NCBI RefSeq assembly: GCF_000007225.1
Contig: NC_003364.1
Location: forward strand, 870,001 to 902,000
Length of the DNA: 32,000 bases
From: Pyrobaculum aerophilum str. IM2
GTDB taxonomy: Archaea > Thermoproteota > Thermoprotei > Thermoproteales > Thermoproteaceae
Reading direction: 5' to 3'
Shown here: positions 16,245-23,087 of the stretch, piece after piece
How positions within the stretch are numbered: position 1 is the stretch's first letter
Layout of the letters: every line of letters begins with the position of its first letter
Program-made: the position numbers and the translations under genes
Notes under the pieces: model-generated
Seen by the model: the letters and a program-made list of their open reading frames with translations, nothing else
The model's database searches: none
Told to the model about the DNA's origin: nothing

Positions 16245-16712
16245 GTGGAACTACCGCCTACACTTGTCGAAGCGTTAAGGAGGGGAGGCCTAGACGTTGG
16301 CCACGTGGTCGACGCATTGGCGAAGAGCCTTGATCCGCCCAGTTTAGCCAAGGCCCACGCCGAGCTCGCCGTGAGGGCATTTAGGGAGGGCTTGTCGCTC
16401 GTGGAGAAAGGCGACGTGGTTCAAGCCTGCGAGAAGCTGTACAAGGCTGTGGAGGAGGCGGTAAAGGCCTTGGCCATTGCAGGCGATCTCGAAGAGGCAA
16501 AAGAGGCGGCAGCCAGGGGGAGGTGGTCAGTCAGCCTTCTCGACAAAGCCGCCAGGCGCCTCGGCGACAGGGCATGGAGGGCGTGGACAGAGGGCTACTT
16601 CCTTCACGTAAATGGGTTTCATGAAGTGAGAATAGACATAACTGACGTAAAGGCCCGTCTGCCGATTATACAAGCATTAATCGTTGAAGTTGAGAAAATG
16701 TTAAGGGGGTGA
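16245..16712 (+). CDS. PaREP1-family protein (four-helix, HEPN-related family as I recall it)
   Basis: The patterns ..GDVVQACEKLYKAVEEAVKALA..RGRWSVSLL..LHVNGFHEVRIDITDVKARLP.. match my recollection of the PaREP1 family, 155 aa. Confidence 0.7.
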   Translation: MELPPTLVEALRRGGLDVGHVVDALAKSLDPPSLAKAHAELAVRAFREGLSLVEKGDVVQACEKLYKAVEEAVKALAIAGDLEEAKEAAARGRWSVSLLDKAARRLGDRAWRAWTEGYFLHVNGFHEVRIDITDVKARLPIIQALIVEVEKMLRG

Positions 16713-16790
16713 TCCCCACGATTGCGCACAGAACTTACTCTACTGGCCGCGCGCCTACTGCTGAGGAGCGCTGGCGGTTAGCTTATAAAT

Positions 16791-16988
16791 ATGAGAGTAT
16801 GTAAAGACGTGGCAGAGGAAATTCTAAACAGAGAGTACGAAGTGGAGTACGAGGGGAGGAAGTATTTTCTCAGACCTGTAAAGGCTTGGGTTTTACAGCC
16901 TCCCGGCAAGCCCGGCGTCGTCGTCGCCTTGTTTAAACTGCCTAACGGGAAATCTATAAGGAAGGTTATTATGAGACTACCCCCGTGA
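16791..16988 (+). CDS. Small basic beta-rich protein, Cren7/CC1-like chromatin protein candidate
   Basis: ..[31 protein letters not shown].. parallels the Cren7 core (W..L.P.G.KGV.IGLFK.P.TGK.FR). The A/T box at 16778-16790 suggests the real start may be the GTG at 16809 (59 aa). Confidence 0.45.
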   Translation: MRVCKDVAEEILNREYEVEYEGRKYFLRPVKAWVLQPPGKPGVVVALFKLPNGKSIRKVIMRLPP

Positions 16989-17357
16989 TTCCGTCAGCGC
17001 GTTTATTAACATCCTCGTCGTAATGTGCGACCGCTCTAGCGATTTCTCTAGAGACGCTATTATTTCAAGCTCCAGCGGCGTCTTTGCCCTTTCTCTCAGT
17101 TTTTTAATTTCGGCGAGGTGTTCTTCGTAGCGTTGGCACATATCTTCCAACGTCTTTATGACCTCCTCCAAGGGCTTAGATTCCCCCGTGTTTAGGCTAA
17201 TCTCAGGCAGGGACAACACGTCGAGGAGTCTGAGCCTCAGATAGGTTTCTCTTATAATGCCGTCTACAAACTCCGCAATATAGTCTGATTTCACCGCGCT
17301 TTTAAGTTTCATAAGCTCAACGAGGTGGTGGAGCTCCTCGCTCCTGACTTTGTCCAT
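16977..17357 (-). CDS. Hypothetical coiled-coil protein, about 126 aa
   Basis: ATG at 17357 with AAAAATATATAT about 25 nt upstream. Sequence is heptad-rich. The 3' end overlaps the previous gene by 12 nt. Confidence 0.55.
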   Translation of the reverse strand: MDKVRSEELHHLVELMKLKSAVKSDYIAEFVDGIIRETYLRLRLLDVLSLPEISLNTGESKPLEEVIKTLEDMCQRYEEHLAEIKKLRERAKTPLELEIIASLEKSLERSHITTRMLINALTESRG

Positions 17358-17413
17358 GACAACTACCCGTTCCAGATATATATTTTTTAACCGTTTCAAT
17401 TCAATTTATTTCT

Positions 17414-17839
17414 ATGATTGGAAGTTTCGCCAAGACAAGCGTAGTCAAGGCCTTTCCCAATACCCCTATTAGAGACGTGGCGAAACTAATGGCGGAGAAT
17501 AAAGTGGGCCTCGTGGTTTTAGTCGATCCCGCAGACCCTGAGAGAGTAGTGGGAGTGGTGTCTGAACGCGACGTGGTGAGGGCCGTGGCTTACGACGTTG
17601 ATCTCAACGCCTCTGTAGATATCATAGCGACGAAGAGCGTTATAACTCTAGACTACGGCGAAAGCGTGGCTAAAGCCGCGGAGGTTTTTAGAAAATACGG
17701 CATACGCCACGTTGTGGTGACAAAGGGCGGGAAGCTCTACGGCGTCCTCTCTATAAGAGACTTGGTGCGAGAGGAGGCTATTTTAAAAGAAATAGCTGAG
17801 TATTATGAGTGGACCTTTGAACCGGGAATGTCGGCATGA
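17414..17839 (+). CDS. CBS-domain pair protein
   Basis: There are two CBS repeats: (..VLVDPADPERVVGVVSERDVVRAV..) and (..HVVVTKGGKLYGVLSIRDLV..). Confidence 0.85.
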   Translation: MIGSFAKTSVVKAFPNTPIRDVAKLMAENKVGLVVLVDPADPERVVGVVSERDVVRAVAYDVDLNASVDIIATKSVITLDYGESVAKAAEVFRKYGIRHVVVTKGGKLYGVLSIRDLVREEAILKEIAEYYEWTFEPGMSA

Positions 17840-18798
17840 GGCCAGGCGTAAGAGTTGTGGGGCTCGGCCCCGCTGGATCCGCCTTTCTTAAATTCTACGG
17901 CAGAGCCCATGGCGTAGACAGGGCGAGGCGTTACTTTAAAGCGTGCGGCGAGGCTGTGCCGGTCGAGACGCCGTTAGTCGACATGAAGTATGTAGTGGAC
18001 AGAGTGAGGAGGTACAAATTCTTCTACTGGCAGAGGGAGGTGGGGGAGGTGGCCTACGCCAAGCCGCGGTGGTACGTTGTAAATAAGGCGGCTTGGGTTG
18101 ACTCCATGAGGGTTGGGGCGGCCGGAGCGGGGGAGGCCGAGGTGTTAGTTAAGGCCGGGGGTCCATACCAGAGCCAGGGGGTGAAAATCACCGTGGCGAG
18201 GGCCTACGTAGACGGGGTGAGGCTGGAGGAGGAGACCGCCTATTTTATCTTCCCGCCTGAGTCCATAGGTTTTTACTGGATCTTCCCCCGCGGAGGCGTA
18301 TACAACGTAGGCGCCGGCTTTATTGGCGTCGACAACCCGGTGCCCCTAATACACGAGTTTATTAAAAAATGGATTGGGGGCGGGCGGGTGTTGGAGGTGA
18401 GGGGGGCGCCTTTAACTGTGTTGCCTAACGTCGTGCTACACGACGGGGAGGGGTTTAGAATAGGAGAGGCGGCCGGCCTTGTATATCCTCTAACCGGCGA
18501 GGGGATTCGGCCCGGGATACTCTCGGCTAAAGCCCTCGCGGAGTCTCTAAACGCGAAAAACCCCCTGGAGTCGTATAAAAGGGCCGTGAGGCAGATAGTT
18601 AAACAAGTGGAGTTTCAAAAGAGGCTGTTAAAAACCGCGGAGAGGCTGTTAAATAAGGGGAGTTCTATCCTCGAGCTAGTAGACGACGCCGTACTCCGCC
18701 AGTATATAGAGGAAAACCTCTCGGCGAAGACGTTGTTCATCACGCTGGCTAAGAGGCCTGCCGCCGGAGTGAGGCTTGTTGCGGCTCTTGTTAAATAA
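17836..18798 (+). CDS. FAD-dependent oxidoreductase, geranylgeranyl-reductase family
   Basis: N-terminal VVGLGPAGSAF dinucleotide fold and GEAAGLVYPLTGEGIRPG motif. The start overlaps the CBS gene's stop (ATGA). Confidence 0.75.
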   Translation: MRPGVRVVGLGPAGSAFLKFYGRAHGVDRARRYFKACGEAVPVETPLVDMKYVVDRVRRYKFFYWQREVGEVAYAKPRWYVVNKAAWVDSMRVGAAGAGEAEVLVKAGGPYQSQGVKITVARAYVDGVRLEEETAYFIFPPESIGFYWIFPRGGVYNVGAGFIGVDNPVPLIHEFIKKWIGGGRVLEVRGAPLTVLPNVVLHDGEGFRIGEAAGLVYPLTGEGIRPGILSAKALAESLNAKNPLESYKRAVRQIVKQVEFQKRLLKTAERLLNKGSSILELVDDAVLRQYIEENLSAKTLFITLAKRPAAGVRLVAALVK

Positions 18799-18848
18799 TC
18801 AGCGGCCTATGTTCTCTTCAAATTCCGCAGACCCGAGTTCCTCATCAC
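18799..18848 (-). ncRNA. C/D box sRNA candidate in the 3' region of the 48-aa ORF
   Basis: The minus strand reads GTGATGA / GGAACTCGGGTC(TG) / (CGGA) / spacer / TTGAAGA / GAACATAGGCCG / CTGA, 50 nt in total. The C box is perfect, D is perfect, and C'-to-D spacing is exactly 12 nt. Confidence 0.45.
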
Positions 18849-18876
18849 TGTGCCAACCTCTCTGGGGTTTTAAAAA

Positions 18877-19023
18877 TCATGAGGCATCGCCAAGCTTCCT
18901 CGCCAGTTTTGGCGCTATGGTGAAAATCTTCGGCATCACTAAACTAACAGGGGAAAACGGGTCTATGCCCATTTCTTTTAAGACGTTTGCCAGAGGGCCT
19001 AGTATTTCAGCGAGAGTTCTCAT
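18877..19023 (-). CDS. Small hypothetical protein, 48 aa (MRTLAEILGPLANVLKEMGIDPFSPVSLVMPKIFTIAPKLARKLGDAS)
   Basis: ATG at 19023, TGA at 18879-18877. An A/T box (19041-19055) is centred about 25 nt upstream. It is below the track cut-off and replaces the implausible plus-strand ORF 18776-19036. Confidence 0.35.
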   Translation of the reverse strand: MRTLAEILGPLANVLKEMGIDPFSPVSLVMPKIFTIAPKLARKLGDAS

Positions 19024-19052
19024 GGCCGCCCTGTAATCCGGCTTAAAAATTT

Positions 19053-19970
19053 TTGCGTAGCGCCGTAAAAAACTATATATCTCAGTATCCGGGAGTGGGC
19101 GTGGTTATAATAGCGTTGTTGTTAGTGGCCCTGGCGGTATTAATAGGCACGGCGCCGCTATTCGTTGAAAGACGTGTAGAGACGCTTCCCGTTGAGACCA
19201 CGCCTTATGTAAAGGCTGAAGACGCGGTGGCTACTCTCCACAATTTGGCCGTGTTTTTCATATTACTCGTAGGGGCTACCGTAGTGATATACATATTGTT
19301 CTCAAAGAGGAAGTTGATGAATTTACTGCTTTATTTCATATGGTTTGTGCTGTCCGTTGGCGTGTTTCAATTCTACGTTATTCTGTACTTCCGGGCAGAA
19401 CTGCTGGACGAGACAAACGCCTTGAGGCTAATGTGGGCCTCTCTGCTATTTGGCGTCTTTGTAGTTGTCCTATTGCACAAAAGGAGGGGGGATTTACTTC
19501 TTGGACTTCTAGGTGCCCTCGCCGGGGCCATGTTCGTCTGGCTTCTGCCCGACGCCACAATAGTGGCGTTGCTGACGGCCTTGCCCGTGTATGACTATAT
19601 AATGGTGACTAAAGGCCTCCTGGGCCAGCTGGTGAAAAGGGCAAAGGAGGAGGCGGGAGGAGGCGGTAAAGGGGGAGAGAGGGGCGACACGCCGCTTTAC
19701 GGCTTCGTGGTAAGGCTTAAGTCTTTGTCTTTAGGCGTTGGCGATTTTGTCGTTTACTCCATGGCGCTGACGTTTATCACAATGAAGCTATTACAATACG
19801 GCAGAGCCGTATCGCTAGTAGCCCTGGGAGTTGGCGTCGTTTTAATATACATAGGGCTTCTCTTAACTGTAAAAATATTTCTAAAGCGGTGGGGCTACGG
19901 GCCGGCGCTTCCCCTGCCCATACTTCTCCTCTCGCCTCTCATTATAGCGGCGTGGATTTCCGCTACGTAA
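19053..19970 (+). CDS. Presenilin/signal-peptide-peptidase-like intramembrane aspartyl protease (A22 family homologue)
   Basis: Polytopic membrane protein with LPVYDYIMV (YD), LGVGDFVVYS (GxGD) and GPALPLPIL (PAL) motifs in the canonical order. The start is uncertain: TTG 19053, GTG 19095 or 19101. The last two fit the TATA AACTATATAT at 19071-19080. Confidence 0.8.
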   Translation: MRSAVKNYISQYPGVGVVIIALLLVALAVLIGTAPLFVERRVETLPVETTPYVKAEDAVATLHNLAVFFILLVGATVVIYILFSKRKLMNLLLYFIWFVLSVGVFQFYVILYFRAELLDETNALRLMWASLLFGVFVVVLLHKRRGDLLLGLLGALAGAMFVWLLPDATIVALLTALPVYDYIMVTKGLLGQLVKRAKEEAGGGGKGGERGDTPLYGFVVRLKSLSLGVGDFVVYSMALTFITMKLLQYGRAVSLVALGVGVVLIYIGLLLTVKIFLKRWGYGPALPLPILLLSPLIIAAWISAT

Positions 19971-20114
19971 ATTAGCAGTGTTTCTGTAAGCTATAATACG
20001 GAGGGCAAGGGCCTTGGGGCGTCCTCATACGACTGCCGGAATGCGGCGTGGATGTCTGGGGCACGGCGCAGGGACATCGCTATACAGCTTTAATAGTGAT
20101 TCATACTCGTTGCC

Positions 20115-20687
20115 GTGATTGAAATTAAGAGTCTCTACGAAGAGCTGAGGAGGTATGAACAGACAAAAGACGAAGTCGTCCAGCTGTCTATAAAAGTAGC
20201 CCGGCTCTCTAAAGCCGTGGTGTATTCTGCAATTAGGAGGGACTTCGCAGCGGCGGAGAAGGCGCTTAAGGAAATGGACGATGCCGTGGCGAAGTTGAAG
20301 AGATTGATTAACGAGTGGCCTATGTTTTACAACAGCGCAACGACTGGCTTACAGGAATACGTAGAGGCCACAGCTCTTTTCTACTATTTAAAAGAGGGGA
20401 GGATACCCAGCAAGGAAGAGCTCGGGGTAGACGTGTATGTCTATTTAATGGGCGTGGCTGAAATCGCAGGGGAGCTGGGGAGGGCGGCTACTGAGGAGCT
20501 GTTAAAGAAAAACGTCGAAACGGCAAAGCGGTTTAAAGACACCGTGGAGAAGCTGTATCTAGACCTTTTAGCCATGGAGCCTAGGGATTACGAGCTGAGG
20601 AAAAAGGTAGATTACGTTGGGTCGCAGGCCAATTGGCTTGCGGAGAAGCTGTTCTACGCCACGACTTGCAAACAGGGGGAAAGTTAA
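20115..20687 (+). CDS. Translin-family protein
   Basis: All-helical, 190 aa. The ..GLQEYVEATALFYYL.. and ..YLMGVAEIAGELGR.. segments are typical of archaeal translin/TRAX homologues. Confidence 0.7.
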   Translation: MIEIKSLYEELRRYEQTKDEVVQLSIKVARLSKAVVYSAIRRDFAAAEKALKEMDDAVAKLKRLINEWPMFYNSATTGLQEYVEATALFYYLKEGRIPSKEELGVDVYVYLMGVAEIAGELGRAATEELLKKNVETAKRFKDTVEKLYLDLLAMEPRDYELRKKVDYVGSQANWLAEKLFYATTCKQGES

Positions 20688-20709
20688 ATAACCACGCCAT
20701 AATAATGGC

Positions 20710-20817
20710 ATGGAATACGTAGAAGCTCTGTTGCGCGAGCTCGGCGTAAAAGTCCGGGATCTCGAGAGCGTCAAGAGGCAGGTGGAGAAAATTTTGAGGG
20801 GGTTGCAATTACTATGA
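20710..20817 (+). CDS. Mini-ORF, 35 aa, GatC-N-terminal-like (MEYVEALLRELGVKVRDLESVKRQVEKILRGLQLL)
   Basis: ATG at 20710. Its TGA (20815-20817) overlaps the amidase ATG (20814) as ATGA. The helix pattern resembles the first half of GatC (..LA.L..L.L...E......L..IL.....L). Confidence 0.3.
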   Translation: MEYVEALLRELGVKVRDLESVKRQVEKILRGLQLL

Positions 20818-22013
20818 ATGTGGAGAAAAGGATAGAGCTGGCCAAGAGGCGAGCGGATTTGAATTACTTCATCTATCTAAACGAAAAGGCCGTGTATGAG
20901 GTGGAGGCTGTCGAAAAGGCAGGCCGTTGCGGAGCTCTCTGCGGACTGGCCGTGGCCGTTAAAGACAACATAGAAGTGGCGGGCATGCCGATTACAAACG
21001 GCGCGCCGTATATGAAGAAAATGGCCGATAAGACCGCCCCGGTGGTGAGGAGGCTTATCGCAGAGGGGGCCGTGGTCATTGGCAAGACCAACATGCACGA
21101 GCTGGCCCTCGGCGCTACTAACGTAAATCCCCACTTCGGCCCCACTAGAAACCCCCACGATCCCTCGCGGATAACTGGGGGCTCCAGCGGGGGAAGCGCC
21201 GGCGCCGTGGCCATAGGAGTCGCCGACTTGGGGATAGGCACTGACACTGGGGGATCTGTGCGCATCCCCGCGGCCCTCTGTGGAGTCGTTGGGTATAAGC
21301 CGCCGTACGGCAAAATACCCACGGAGGGCGTGCTGCCCCTTGCCCAGAGTCTTGACCACGTGGGGTTTATTACGCGGACAGTCGCAGATCTCATACGCAT
21401 ACTCTCAGCCGCTGGGTGGGGGCCTTCGGAATTGCCCAGGCCCAATAGGTTTAGATTTGCCGTCTTAATGGGAATAAGCGAAAATACTAAACACGTGGAA
21501 AAGGCCTTTTGGAAAGCCGTAGGCATTCTGGAGTCTATAGGGGGGATGAGAGATGAGGTGTTTATAGAGACTGGGCGGTACGCAGCGGCTAGAGCCGCCA
21601 TTTTGTTATCAGAAGCCGCCGCCAATTATTACGACTATTTAAGAGGCGCCGCTGAACACATGGGCAACGACGTGGCGACTCTTCTAAGCACGGGCGCGGC
21701 GTTGCCAGCCGTGGCGTATATAACAGCTAAGAGAGTCAAGGAGGAGGCGACTAAATTCTTCGACACTCTGTTTAAAAAATACGACGTAGTTGTCACCCCC
21801 ACTACTGCAACAGAGGCAGTGCCAATTGAAGAGGCGGATTCAATTGCAGTGAGGCCTAAGTTATTAGCCTACACAGAGCTTTTCAACCTCACGGGCCACC
21901 CAGCCATTTCAGTCCCGGCGCCGACCTCGGGGCTCCCAGTAGGCTTGCAAATAGCCGCGAGGGATGAGGACGTGCTCCTCGCAATAGCTAAGGCCTACGA
22001 GGAGGAGCTCTGA
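20814..22013 (+). CDS. Amidase-signature enzyme (GatA-like, short form of 399 aa)
   Basis: It carries VKDNI..., GGSSGGSAGAVA and GTDTGGSVRIPAA motifs, consistent with a Ser-cisSer-Lys triad. Confidence 0.85.
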   Translation: MNVEKRIELAKRRADLNYFIYLNEKAVYEVEAVEKAGRCGALCGLAVAVKDNIEVAGMPITNGAPYMKKMADKTAPVVRRLIAEGAVVIGKTNMHELALGATNVNPHFGPTRNPHDPSRITGGSSGGSAGAVAIGVADLGIGTDTGGSVRIPAALCGVVGYKPPYGKIPTEGVLPLAQSLDHVGFITRTVADLIRILSAAGWGPSELPRPNRFRFAVLMGISENTKHVEKAFWKAVGILESIGGMRDEVFIETGRYAAARAAILLSEAAANYYDYLRGAAEHMGNDVATLLSTGAALPAVAYITAKRVKEEATKFFDTLFKKYDVVVTPTTATEAVPIEEADSIAVRPKLLAYTELFNLTGHPAISVPAPTSGLPVGLQIAARDEDVLLAIAKAYEEEL

Positions 22014-22798
22014 GATCTCAAATACTCCACAAACCCCAAGACGCTGAACTTCAAGTAGAACTCTAGATAAAGGCCTCCCGCCGCGAGGACTTTCGCCACG
22101 TTTTCATCGGCTTTTGAAAGCTCCCTCAAAGCGTCGTCTACCGGCCGGTCCAGCCTGTCCCTTAGCACTTCAACCCACGTCTTTACCTGTTCTATGTGCC
22201 GCCTCAAGATCTCCACATCGCCAGTACATGAATAGTGGGGGAAGCAAACGGCACTAGCCCCAAGGCCCAATACTTTATTAAGCGACTGTAAATACACGTC
22301 GAGCTTAAAGGGAGGCGGAGTGGTGGGGATTATCGCCTTGAGCTCCGGGATGTAGACTCCGCCTCCGTCTCCCACGAAGAGCACCCCCGTGTCGCGGTAG
22401 GAATACGTTACGTGATGCGGCGCATGTCCCGGCGTATGGACGGCGTCTATTGCGTCAAAGAGCCGGGCGCCGTCGCTAACGCCCACAGCTTGTTCGTTTG
22501 GAAGCGGGCGGCCGAATTTCTCCGCAAACAGCCCTAACACGGCTCTGCTTGACTCAAACAACTTCGAGGGGTCAACTACATGTCTCACATAGCGCTCGTG
22601 AACATACGTCGGTTTTTTTAAATGCCCCGCAGATCCGCAGTGGTCAAGGTGTATGTGAGTACAGATAACCGCATCTACTGAAAGAGGCGTGTGGAGAGAC
22701 GCCGGGCCTGGATCTATTACCAGCCTCACGCCGCCCACATCAAGGATATATGAAGTAATTAGAGGAATTCCCTCCAGATATTTTGTAATTATTTCCAT
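21995..22798 (-). CDS. MBL-fold metallo-hydrolase
   Basis: CTHIHLDHCGSAG (HxHxDH) motif plus downstream His/Asp ligands. TATA CTTATATAAATG lies about 22 nt upstream of the ATG at 22798. Confidence 0.8.
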   Translation of the reverse strand: MEIITKYLEGIPLITSYILDVGGVRLVIDPGPASLHTPLSVDAVICTHIHLDHCGSAGHLKKPTYVHERYVRHVVDPSKLFESSRAVLGLFAEKFGRPLPNEQAVGVSDGARLFDAIDAVHTPGHAPHHVTYSYRDTGVLFVGDGGGVYIPELKAIIPTTPPPFKLDVYLQSLNKVLGLGASAVCFPHYSCTGDVEILRRHIEQVKTWVEVLRDRLDRPVDDALRELSKADENVAKVLAAGGLYLEFYLKFSVLGFVEYLRSQSSSS

Positions 22799-23087
22799 GT
22801 CTCAAAACACCTCATTTATATAAGTGTGTTACTGCCCTAGCGCAATACTAAGCGCGACGGCATCTAGCCGTAAAAAATCCGCCCACGAGAGCCCCGAGTA
22901 TAACAGAAAAGGGAAACTGCAAAAGACGCTAACCGCAGTGCACAAAATACAGGGTTCCAGAGATCGGCGGTAAAGCGCACGCAACGCTTGAAAAACCCGC
23001 TCAGCATCCCACCCTACCGTCATTACTGGATCTACTGTCCCCAATACTTTAGGGGAAAGCTTTTTATATTAAAGTGAGTAAAGTCAT

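Noticed and set aside
18776-19036. 86-aa plus-strand ORF
   Set aside because: It overlaps the reductase stop, has an odd composition, and is antisense to a better-supported 48-aa ORF plus a C/D sRNA candidate.
19971-20114. 145-bp spacer before the translin gene as an H/ACA-like sRNA
   Set aside because: It contains a GATGTC...GACATC stem and a downstream ACA. I could not build a pseudouridylation pocket or k-turn, so the evidence is insufficient.
20873-21625. 250-aa and 160-aa minus-strand ORFs inside the amidase gene
   Set aside because: They are antisense shadows of a gene carrying an unmistakable amidase signature.
22829-23044. 71-aa minus-strand ORF (TTG start)
   Set aside because: It has no promoter-like box at the right distance and a weak start. 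I kept the interval only as an ORF-poor spacer carrying the 16-mer repeat.
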